Virus record (IMG/VR): IMGVR_UViG_2617270997_000007
Coordinates: 1 to 12,167 of that record
Origin: a virus
Lineage: Duplodnaviria; Heunggongvirae; Uroviricota; Caudoviricetes
Length of the DNA: 12,167 bases
Strand: one strand, 5' to 3'
Position numbers and translations under genes: made by a program. The notes beneath the pieces are model-generated. The model was not told the DNA's origin. It worked only from the letters and a program-made list of their open reading frames with translations, and did no database searches. How positions within the stretch are numbered: position 1 is the first letter of the stretch; every line of letters begins with the position of its first letter. This document shows positions 1 to 6,462 of this stretch, piece by piece.

Positions 1-31
1 GGTAAATCTTTAAATTCCATCGTCAACCTCA

Positions 32-184
32 TCAGTCGGAGTTTCTTGCTAACCAGCGACGCGCGCCAGCTTCGGTTTTAAACGTTTTGCTTTTGGTATA
101 TGTCATGGCGGTGAATGTGCCGTCCTGGTTGGGGAACACACCACATACCAGAGATTCGCTGTTGCCAAGATCGATAGTATCCAT
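32..184 (-). CDS. Small hypothetical protein (50 aa) downstream of the repressor gene, at the position lambda uses for rex-type accessory genes
   Basis: The track ORF 32..289 begins with TTG and has no Shine-Dalgarno. The in-frame ATG at 184 is preceded on the - strand by GAGG with about 6 nt spacing, giving MDTIDLGNSESLVCGVFPNQDGTF... The longer TTG form cannot be excluded. Confidence 0.35.
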   Translation of the reverse strand: MDTIDLGNSESLVCGVFPNQDGTFTAMTYTKSKTFKTEAGARRWLARNSD

Positions 185-373
185 GCTGACCTCATTACCC
201 CTTAACGCCGGGTAGCGGAACTGTTTGCTGAGAACACCGTGCGGTGTCTTGATGGGTGGTAATTTAGTTTTATCATGAATGTTGGTCAAGCATTTTTAAT
301 GAGAAAACTCAATATTTAATGCAAAATAAAGCCAATACATTGAAATGTAAGGCTTTAAAATTTGTGAAGGGGG

Positions 374-781
374 TTACTGATGTTTGTTACGTTTGCGAGC
401 TTCTAGTAGCTCGGTGAATAGGCGATTAAAATTCTCAACGCGGGCACGGAGTTCGCTGATTTGTGCTTGCTGCTCTGATTTTGGAAGTGCGCGATACAAT
501 CGCAACATCTCCAACTCATCTTCCGATAAGTCTAAGGCGCTGTTGAGTGCTACTGGTGGATCTGGTGTTTTATCCTCGTCACCAAACAGTATCCAAGTTG
601 GTGAACATTGCAATACCTCAGCCAGGCGATGCAAATTTTGCCCGCGCGGGGCTGTATGGTCGCTTTCCCATAGTGAAATTGATGAGCCAGATACGCCAGC
701 GGCTTTGCTTAAATCGTTTTGACTTAAACCAACCTGTTTGCGTCTTTCTCTAATTCGTTGACCTAAAGTTTTCTCGTTCAT
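374..781 (-). CDS. dicA: HTH (XRE-family) prophage repressor, DicA-like, 135 aa, no peptidase S24 domain
   Basis: Complete ORF, MNEKTLGQRIRERRKQVGLSQNDLSKAAG... with the motif LQCSPTWILFGDEDK that I recall from E. coli DicA (also 135 aa). Divergent from a Cro-like gene. Too short to carry a LexA-like autocleavage domain. Confidence 0.8.
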   Translation of the reverse strand: MNEKTLGQRIRERRKQVGLSQNDLSKAAGVSGSSISLWESDHTAPRGQNLHRLAEVLQCSPTWILFGDEDKTPDPPVALNSALDLSEDELEMLRLYRALPKSEQQAQISELRARVENFNRLFTELLEARKRNKHQ

Positions 782-858
782 ATTTAGATATCTTAATAAC
801 CCTTGACTTGAGATTCCTTGAATGATTACTATTGAGAAAACTCAACTTTGGAGGGGTG
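782..858. promoter_or_regulatory. Divergent promoter/operator region between the repressor and Cro-like genes
   Basis: 77-bp intergenic spacer between divergent start codons. TTGACT at 803-808, an 18-bp spacer, then TACTAT at 827-832 could drive the Cro-like gene. GGAGGGG at 850-856 is its ribosome-binding site. Operator half-sites were not resolved by eye. Confidence 0.45.
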
Positions 859-1086
859 ATGTTTAAATCAGACGTAATTAATTTTTATGGGACGAAAGCC
901 AAAGTAGCGAAAGCTGCTGGTGTTGATCCATCTGCTGTTTCTCAATGGGGGGAACTGGTTCCTGAAGGTCGCGCGATGCGCCTGCAAGAGGCATCCGGCG
1001 GGGAACTTCAGTACGACCCCAAAGTTTATGACGAATATCGTAAGGCAAAGCGGGCGGGGCGGTTGAACAATGAAAATCACCCCTGA
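859..1086 (+). CDS. dicC: Cro/DicC-like small DNA-binding protein (75 aa)
   Basis: ATG 859 preceded by GGAGGGG; the track ORF starts further upstream at a TTG (832). Small basic protein divergent from the DicA-like repressor, the classic cro position. Sequence MFKSDVINFYGTKAKVAKAAGVDPSAVSQWGELVPEGRAMRLQEASGGELQYDPKVY... The symbol is from memory of DicC and is not verified. Confidence 0.55.
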   Translation: MFKSDVINFYGTKAKVAKAAGVDPSAVSQWGELVPEGRAMRLQEASGGELQYDPKVYDEYRKAKRAGRLNNENHP

Positions 1087-1621
1087 ACAGGTTTGTGAGG
1101 CTCTGGATGCCTGGGTATGTCGACCAGGAATGACACAGGAGCAAGCGACGATATTAATCACGGAAGCATTCTGGGCTCTGAAAGAACGCCCGAACATCGA
1201 TGTTCAACGCGTCACGTTTAATGATGGCGAGGTTGATCAACGGGCGCTGGGCGTTAACCGGGTGAAGATATTCGAACGCTGGAAAGCTATCGACACCAGG
1301 GATAAGCGGAAAAAATTCACGGCGCTGATTCCGGCAATTATGGAGGCTATCCGAATTAGTGATTTCAGGTTGTATCGTGAGATCAGTGATGGAAAAAGCA
1401 TTACGTACATGATCGCCGGATTAAACAAAGAATATGGCGATGTGGTGGAGTCCGGGCTGCTTTTTGCGGATCCAGCTGTTGTGGAACGTGAGACTGACGA
1501 GCTTATAGAAAAAGCTATTGCTTTCAAGCATGCGTATCGTCAGCAATATCAATATTACTTTGCAGATAAACAAATGTCTGCCAGGGGTTTGTATGAGTAT
1601 CGATGCACTACGATGGGCTAA
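1070..1621 (+). CDS. YdaT-like / CII-position early regulatory protein (183 aa)
   Basis: Complete ORF immediately after the Cro-like gene, overlapping its end by 17 nt. Lambda cII and Rac ydaT occupy this position. The family assignment rests on position and memory, not on a search. Confidence 0.45.
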   Translation: MKITPEQVCEALDAWVCRPGMTQEQATILITEAFWALKERPNIDVQRVTFNDGEVDQRALGVNRVKIFERWKAIDTRDKRKKFTALIPAIMEAIRISDFRLYREISDGKSITYMIAGLNKEYGDVVESGLLFADPAVVERETDELIEKAIAFKHAYRQQYQYYFADKQMSARGLYEYRCTTMG

Positions 1622-2633
1622 AAAGGTGAAAACCGGCAGTTCATCCAGTAAGTCTGTATTGACCTGGCTTGCTGATATGTGCGGTGCCGATTTGTGTGCA
1701 TACCCGTCTGTATCTGCACTGGCAGAAGTAACGGAACTAAACAAAAAGACTGTGCAGGACAGCTTACGACACCTGATGGAGATTGGGTTAATTGTTGATA
1801 CCGGTGAGAGAAAAGGCAGAACAAAGCAAATTGTGGTGTACCGACTTATCGGTGTAGAAGAAAGTGTTGCCGAGCCTGAATACACCCAAAAACGGGAGTC
1901 TTTAAAGGTGGGTAAAATTGGTGCTGTTAATAAAAACAGTACCGAAAATGGTTATGTTTCAGCACAAAACAGACCCAAAAACGGAACTCTTAGCTGCATG
2001 GAAAATAACCAAAGACACCCAAATTTTCCATCAAAGACACCCAAAAACGGATCACGGAACCCAAAGGAACCCAAAGATCTAAACCCCACACATAACGCAC
2101 GCGAGAGTGCTCCGACCAGTGAGCAGGAAGTTTTGTCGTTACAGGCAGCACCCCTTGTATTCCTGGATGGCCTGAGCGAACCCATCGGAAAATTACCGAT
2201 GACCGATAGCTGGTATCCGTCACGGGATTTTCGACGACGGGCTGCGTTGTGGGGGATGGCTTTGCCGGAGACAGAATTTACACCTGCTGAACTTGCCGCC
2301 TTCCGGGACTACTGGGCAGCGGAGGGGAAAGTGTTTACGCAGATTCAGTGGGAGCAGAAATTCGCCCGTCACGTAAATCACGTCAGGGCGCAGGTTAAAC
2401 CAGTCAGCAAGGGGGTAAACCATGCAGCAGCACCAGGTGGCACCGCATCACGGGCAGTTCAGGAAATTCGGGCAGCACGTGAGCAGTGGGAACGTGAAAA
2501 CGGATTTATCAGCGACGGAAACGGTCTGGAAGCTGTGGGAACTCATGGGGGAGGTTTATTCGAACCGCTGGACCCAGAAGAACGGGGCCGCACCTTCGAA
2601 GCTCTGGATTGCACAGATTGGCGCGATGACTGA
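1593..2633 (+). CDS. Phage replication initiation protein (O-like): N-terminal HTH/winged-helix domain, low-complexity linker, C-terminal domain
   Basis: ATG 1593 (MSIDALRWAKK...) chosen over the longer track start at 1518. N-terminus has an HTH-like segment (SVSALAEVTELNKKTVQDSLRHLMEIGLI). The linker is encoded by iteron-like DNA repeats. It lies immediately upstream of a lambda-P-like gene. Confidence 0.6.
   Translation: MSIDALRWAKKVKTGSSSSKSVLTWLADMCGADLCAYPSVSALAEVTELNKKTVQDSLRHLMEIGLIVDTGERKGRTKQIVVYRLIGVEESVAEPEYTQKRESLKVGKIGAVNKNSTENGYVSAQNRPKNGTLSCMENNQRHPNFPSKTPKNGSRNPKEPKDLNPTHNARESAPTSEQEVLSLQAAPLVFLDGLSEPIGKLPMTDSWYPSRDFRRRAALWGMALPETEFTPAELAAFRDYWAAEGKVFTQIQWEQKFARHVNHVRAQVKPVSKGVNHAAAPGGTASRAVQEIRAAREQWERENGFISDGNGLEAVGTHGGGLFEPLDPEERGRTFEALDCTDWRDD
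1966..2078. repeat. Iteron-like direct repeats with an adjacent AT-rich tract inside the O-like gene (candidate replication origin)
   Basis: The 13-mer acccaaaaacgga occurs at 1973-1985 and 2039-2051; caaagacacccaaa at 2010-2023 and 2032-2045; ggaacccaaa in tandem at 2056-2065 and 2066-2075. An AT-rich stretch lies just upstream (1921-1972). Confidence 0.4.
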
Positions 2634-3087
2634 GCAGCAAATCCGACAGGTCTGCCGCCAGTGCATGGACCGCTGCCGGGCGGGTGAAACATGGCCTCCG
2701 GACCTGGCTGAGTTTGTGGCGCTGATTTCAGAAAGCGGGGCCAATCCATTTGGCCTGACGGTGGATGCTGTGATGGAGGAGTACCGCCGCTGGCGTGATG
2801 AGTCCTGGCGATATGACGGAAGCGACAAATATCCGTGGCCTCAGCCTGTGCTGTACCACATCTGCCTCGAAATGCGTACCAGAGGGATTGAGCGCCAGAT
2901 GACGCAGGGTGAGTTAAAACGACTTGCGGAACGGCAACTGACGAAATGGGCAAAGCATGTTGGTAACGGGATGAGTGTTCCGCCAGTGCGACGACAACTG
3001 GAAGGGGCGAAACACCCGCAAGGGCCAACGCCAATTGAACGGCTGAAACAGGAATACGAACGCCGGAAGGCAGCTGGTTTTATTTGA
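2422..3087 (+). CDS. Replication protein P-like (DnaB helicase loader), 221 aa
   Basis: C-terminal two-thirds aligns by eye with lambda P as I remember it: PPDLAEFVALISE to PSPGQFVAWCREE, and YDGSDKYPWPQPVLYHIC...GELKRLAERQL to YPDAESYPWKSNAHYWLV...AELRRKAADEL. ATG 2422 has a strong AGGGGG site 7 nt upstream. Alternative starts are 2545 and 2626 (ATGACTGA overlapping the O-like stop). Confidence 0.7.
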   Translation: MQQHQVAPHHGQFRKFGQHVSSGNVKTDLSATETVWKLWELMGEVYSNRWTQKNGAAPSKLWIAQIGAMTEQQIRQVCRQCMDRCRAGETWPPDLAEFVALISESGANPFGLTVDAVMEEYRRWRDESWRYDGSDKYPWPQPVLYHICLEMRTRGIERQMTQGELKRLAERQLTKWAKHVGNGMSVPPVRRQLEGAKHPQGPTPIERLKQEYERRKAAGFI

Positions 3088-3120
3088 ATCTGAGAAACGA
3101 TTTTGTCGGAGGAAATTTTA

Positions 3121-3891
3121 ATGGAAACCGTATTTGACGCACTGAAAGCAATGGGAAAAGCCACATCGGTAGAACTGGCCGCGCGACTTGATATCAGTCG
3201 TGAAGAGGTTCTCAACGAGCTGTGGGAACTCAAAAGAAATGACGTCGTTGATAAAACTGGTCACACCTGGTTTCTGGCTGGCGAAGGTGAATCCCGGGTA
3301 ACCGAAGAGCGGCCAGTAAAATCTGAAGCACAGGATATGCTGACCGGAGAGGTCGAACAAAAAGTTACCGCAGACATGATGATTGAGTTTATCGGTCAGG
3401 ATGGTGCTAAAACGTGTGAGGAACTGGCGGGTAAGTTCGGCGTCAGTACTCGCAAGGTTGCCTCCACGCTGGCGGTGGTAACCGCAATGGGGCGGCTGGC
3501 ACGCGTTAATCAGAACGGTAAATTTCGTTACTGCATGCCGGGCGATAATTTACCAGCAGAGCCGAAAGCCGCGCTGGTAACGGAAAGTGATGGTAAGGCC
3601 TTTCCTCAGCCAGCAGGTGCTGCGTTACCAGTCCGGGAAGCCGCAACACAGGAAGAAATTAAAACAGAAACTGTGGCGGACATTGTGCAGCCGTTGCCAT
3701 CGTTTACCGAAACGCAAGCAGATGAGCTGATTTTTCCGTCCCTTCGCAGGGCAAACCTGGCGCTGCGCAGGGCGAAAAGTGATGTTCAGAAGTGGGAGCG
3801 AGTCTGCGCCGCGCTGCGGGAGCTGAACAAGCACCGGGATATTGTTCGACAGATTACTGATTCTTCCCGCCGTGTTGTATCGGAAAAGTGA
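3121..3891 (+). CDS. Hypothetical protein with two winged-helix-like segments (256 aa)
   Basis: ATG 3121 with GGAGG 8 nt upstream; the track ORF starts at TTG 3103. Two HTH-like stretches: [26 protein letters not shown] and [31 protein letters not shown]. First gene of a coupled operon. Confidence 0.6.
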   Translation: METVFDALKAMGKATSVELAARLDISREEVLNELWELKRNDVVDKTGHTWFLAGEGESRVTEERPVKSEAQDMLTGEVEQKVTADMMIEFIGQDGAKTCEELAGKFGVSTRKVASTLAVVTAMGRLARVNQNGKFRYCMPGDNLPAEPKAALVTESDGKAFPQPAGAALPVREAATQEEIKTETVADIVQPLPSFTETQADELIFPSLRRANLALRRAKSDVQKWERVCAALRELNKHRDIVRQITDSSRRVVSEK

Positions 3892-3906
3892 TTGCCGGAG
3901 GCGCTT

Positions 3907-4299
3907 ATGGCAAAAGTATTTACACCAGAAGAGCGGGAAGAAGTGAAGGCGCGCATTGTGGAATTCGTGCGCCTGAGCGGACGAGAAACTTTTCGACAAC
4001 TGGCAGATAAAACGGGTGTCAGTAAGACCGCTATTCGTCGTTTATCTGGTGCGCTTGCGGCCAGTGGTGATGTCTGGCTCTCTGGTTGCGGGGTATTTCC
4101 ATCAGAGCAGGCGTATCGCGTATGGCGTAAGACACCGGAGAAGGCTGCTGACCCGACACTGATTCGAAAGTTACCTGACGGAGAAATACGTCGTTACAAC
4201 AGACGGCAGAACATAATTTTTCGTGAGTGCCGCCAGAGCGAAGTTATGCAGCGTGTGCTGGCGTTCTATCGGGGAAACTTTCAGGAGGTGATGGAGTGA
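3907..4299 (+). CDS. Hypothetical protein with an HTH-like segment (130 aa)
   Basis: ATG 3907 with GGAGG 5 nt upstream; the track ORF starts at TTG 3892. Contains FRQLADKTGVSKTAIRRL. Its stop TGA 4297-4299 overlaps the next gene's GTG start. Confidence 0.55.
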   Translation: MAKVFTPEEREEVKARIVEFVRLSGRETFRQLADKTGVSKTAIRRLSGALAASGDVWLSGCGVFPSEQAYRVWRKTPEKAADPTLIRKLPDGEIRRYNRRQNIIFRECRQSEVMQRVLAFYRGNFQEVME

Positions 4300-4592
4300 G
4301 GGTCAGAGTTTATATTGCCGGTCCAATGACGGGATATGAAAATTTCAACCGTGAGGCGTTTCACAAGGCGGAAGAGGAACTGAAACGGGAAGGGCATACC
4401 GTCTTAAACCCGGCAGTACTTCCGGACGGGCTGACACAGCCGCACTACATGGATATTTGCATGGCAATGATTCGTTGTGTGGATGCGATTTACATGCTGA
4501 ATGGCTGGCAGCGGTCAGCGGGCGCTAAGGCAGAGCTGGCACTGGCGGAGAAACTGGGGCATGCAGTGATTTATCAGGAGGTGGCTCAATGA
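4296..4592 (+). CDS. DUF4406 / nucleoside 2-deoxyribosyltransferase-like small protein (98 aa)
   Basis: GTG 4296 with AGGAGG 7 nt upstream and a GTGA start/stop overlap. Motif VYIAGPMTGYENFN, then a conserved acidic region, as in the deoxyribosyltransferase/Rcl-like fold. Assignment is from motif memory. Confidence 0.55.
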   Translation: MRVRVYIAGPMTGYENFNREAFHKAEEELKREGHTVLNPAVLPDGLTQPHYMDICMAMIRCVDAIYMLNGWQRSAGAKAELALAEKLGHAVIYQEVAQ

Positions 4593-5056
4593 GAGAGGTT
4601 AACTATGAGGCGCTTCGTGAGGCAGCACAAAACTATCAGTCGACGCTGGCGTGGTATCAGGCTATCCCGGACAGCCCAAATGCTGAACGGGATTGTGATG
4701 CGGCTCTTGCTGCATTTAAGCGTCACATCCGTCATCGGGAAGCGGATATTATCGCTGATTTGCTGGATGGACTGGAAGAAGCAAAATCACAACTCAAAGA
4801 GCAGCGTGAGTATTACGAAGGCGTTATCTCTGATGGGAGCAAGCGTATTGCTGAACTGGAAGCGCGGGAAGTTCAATTACCGACTCGCTACGACCTTCGA
4901 TATGGACACCCGATAAATGCAGATGAGCGACATGTCATGATACCTAAAGAAAATGGCAGTTGGCTTTACCTGATTGACCTAGAACACGCATTACGCGTCT
5001 CTGGCATTCGCATCAAAGGAGAGGAGCATGGAAATAAAACCCAGAGGATGAGTTAA
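4589..5056 (+). CDS. Hypothetical phage protein with a predicted coiled-coil region (155 aa)
   Basis: ATG 4589 overlaps the upstream stop (ATGA), with GGAGG upstream. No recognisable catalytic motif. Confidence 0.6.
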   Translation: MREVNYEALREAAQNYQSTLAWYQAIPDSPNAERDCDAALAAFKRHIRHREADIIADLLDGLEEAKSQLKEQREYYEGVISDGSKRIAELEAREVQLPTRYDLRYGHPINADERHVMIPKENGSWLYLIDLEHALRVSGIRIKGEEHGNKTQRMS

Positions 5057-5086
5057 GCAATATCGTTTTATTTCCGGTAAAAGAGG

Positions 5087-5385
5087 ATGACCCTCGTAAT
5101 CAGGTTAATTTTCTTTATGAGCCATCGGAAAGACCATATTGTCATCACGCCTCTGTCCGGGTTGACGAAAAAGAGCGTCAGGTCCGCTGTAAAATCTGCG
5201 GTGCAGTTGTGGAGCCATTTGACTGGATGCTCTCTGTGGCGAAAAGAGAAACCAGACTGGCAGATGATGTAAGGCACTTGCGCCAGGAGGAGCGGGAAAG
5301 GCGAAAAAATATAGAAAAGCTAATTCAGATTGAGCGTAACGCGAAAGCGCGGATACGCAGGGCGACAAAATCCAGAACTGAATAA
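5087..5385 (+). pseudogene. Zinc-ribbon/coiled-coil ORF with a disrupted start: open frame 5038-5385 has no ATG/GTG/TTG before 5209. Possible frameshift at the T-run 5109-5116 or non-canonical initiation
   Basis: Frame-1 translation is protein-like over about 115 codons: ...NQVNFLYEPSERPYCHHASVRVDEKERQVRCKICGAVVEPFDWMLSVAKRETRLADDVRHLRQEERERRKNIEKLIQIERNAKARIRRATKSRTE*. It fills an otherwise empty 420-bp gap in a tightly packed operon. The only upstream ATG (5087) is in another frame. Confidence 0.3.
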
Positions 5386-5454
5386 TTAAATTTAGCTCTG
5401 TTAAAAATTTAATCCTTAACCGGAGGGATTTCTGCACCCTCAGAACATCAGGAG

Positions 5455-5472
5455 GCCGCCCGAAAGGGCGGT
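5455..5472 (+). promoter_or_regulatory. GC-rich hairpin with GAAA loop between the Shine-Dalgarno AGGAGG (5450-5455) and the ATG at 5479
   Basis: Stem ccgccc (5456-5461), loop gaaa, stem gggcgg (5466-5471), plus a possible G-U closing pair 5455/5472. No U-tract follows, so it is not a typical terminator. Folding would bring the SD from 23 nt to about 7 nt from the start codon. Confidence 0.35.
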
Positions 5473-5478
5473 AGTTAA

Positions 5479-5661
5479 ATGCGAAAGTTTAAAATAATTA
5501 TTGAAACGGGAATAGCCGGTGGAGATTTCGAGGATGAATTCGAAGTGGATGATGATGCGACGCCTGATGAAATACATGACGAAGCAAAAGATATTTTCTT
5601 TAACTACTGCAATTACTCATATCACGAAATAAAAGACGAAGAGGAAGAGCAAAATGGCTGA
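5479..5661 (+). CDS. Small, highly acidic protein (60 aa)
   Basis: MRKFKIIIETGIAGGDFEDEFEVDDDATPDEIHDEAKDIFFNYCNYSYHEIKDEEEEQNG: about 40% Asp/Glu. Complete ORF in the coupled operon. Confidence 0.55.
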   Translation: MRKFKIIIETGIAGGDFEDEFEVDDDATPDEIHDEAKDIFFNYCNYSYHEIKDEEEEQNG

Positions 5662-5830
5662 TTTTGGTTCAACTAAATACAACGTCAGTTTTGAAGCATG
5701 GCATGAACTGTTAATGGACTATGCAGAGTTACGTGGTGGCAGTGCTGCTGATGCTGAAGCATGGCGTGATGATTATGAAGCAGGAAAAACTCCGGTCGAA
5801 GCATATTGTGATGAGTGGGGCGATGAATGA
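5654..5830 (+). CDS. Small acidic protein (58 aa), not in the supplied ORF track
   Basis: ATG 5654 with GAGGAAG 6 nt upstream, overlapping the previous stop. Translation MADFGSTKYNVSFEAWHELLMDYAELRGGSAADAEAWRDDYEAGKTPVEAYCDEWGDE*. Its stop TGA 5828-5830 overlaps the next ATG at 5827 (ATGA). Confidence 0.45.
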   Translation: MADFGSTKYNVSFEAWHELLMDYAELRGGSAADAEAWRDDYEAGKTPVEAYCDEWGDE

Positions 5831-6342
5831 GCGAGATTAATTATCAGGAAGGGCATGAAACGGCAGGGCAGGCAAAACCAGTTGCATGGCGATATCGCTA
5901 CGTGAAAAAAGACGTTACAGACTTTCAGGGGAAGCCGTGGGCTGGTGACTGGAAATATGTACCGACAAAAGAGGATTGTAACGACAGGCCGAACTATGAA
6001 ATTCAGGCCTTATTCATCGGCCCGCCAGTCCCGGTGACATCAGAAGGACTGGTTAAAGCCGTGCGCTTTTATGAACAGGTAAAGCGTGAGAATCCGCCAG
6101 TCGAAACAGGAGCATGGAAGGATGCTGTTGACTGGGTGCTCAGAGAGGCCTGCTGCGCTGCCATTCTGGGTAAAGCCGACAATCCACCAGCATCCGGCAA
6201 TCAGGTTAGCGAATTAACAATGTGGGTTAAACGACTGGTCAGTCAACTGAAAAAAGCTCAGCCGGACTGCAAATTACCGGAGAAGGCGATGGATTACCTG
6301 AAACGAAATGGACTGATAAGCGTGGAGGATGTTTTACGATGA
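5827..6342 (+). CDS. Hypothetical phage protein (171 aa), last gene of the coupled operon
   Basis: Complete ORF with ATGA coupling to the upstream small ORF. No recognisable motif. Confidence 0.6.
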   Translation: MSEINYQEGHETAGQAKPVAWRYRYVKKDVTDFQGKPWAGDWKYVPTKEDCNDRPNYEIQALFIGPPVPVTSEGLVKAVRFYEQVKRENPPVETGAWKDAVDWVLREACCAAILGKADNPPASGNQVSELTMWVKRLVSQLKKAQPDCKLPEKAMDYLKRNGLISVEDVLR

Positions 6343-6462
6343 ATATTTAGACTAAAGAGTTTGTAACGCTATGTAAGTGATTTTTTCTGGTTTAGATATT
6401 TATATGTTCGGCCAAATTGAGGTGTGTTTAAATGTTATTGCACATTGATTGTAGGGGGAATA

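Noticed and set aside
384-753. Plus-strand ORFs 384..722 and 547..753
   Set aside because: They lie entirely antisense to the well-supported DicA-like repressor gene and are Ser/Arg/Cys-rich with no ribosome-binding site; read as frame shadows.
868-1885. Minus-strand ORFs 868..1197, 878..1144, 1237..1527, 1421..1885 and 1618..1824
   Set aside because: All antisense to the Cro-like, YdaT-like and O-like genes. Composition is typical of non-coding frames, and the surrounding operon is on the + strand.
1952-3233. Minus-strand ORFs 1952..2185, 1990..2223, 2220..2423, 2543..3034, 2556..2828 and 2841..3233
   Set aside because: Antisense to the O-like and P-like genes, whose products have recognisable features; no ribosome-binding sites.
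3118-3999. Minus-strand ORFs 3118..3360 and 3625..3999
   Set aside because: Antisense to coupled + strand genes with good ribosome-binding sites; no supporting signal.
4605-4916. Plus-strand ORF 4605..4916 (103 aa)
   Set aside because: Alternative frame inside the 4589..5056 gene, which has the coupled start and ribosome-binding site. The product is Arg/Ser-rich.
5068-5437. Minus-strand ORFs 5068..5277 and 5105..5437, and the frame-2 ORF 5087..5272 read as an intact gene
   Set aside because: The minus-strand products look like antisense noise. The + strand frame-1 reading gives a far more protein-like product with a zinc-ribbon pattern. The frame-2 ORF is retained only as the possible N-terminal part of a frameshifted gene.
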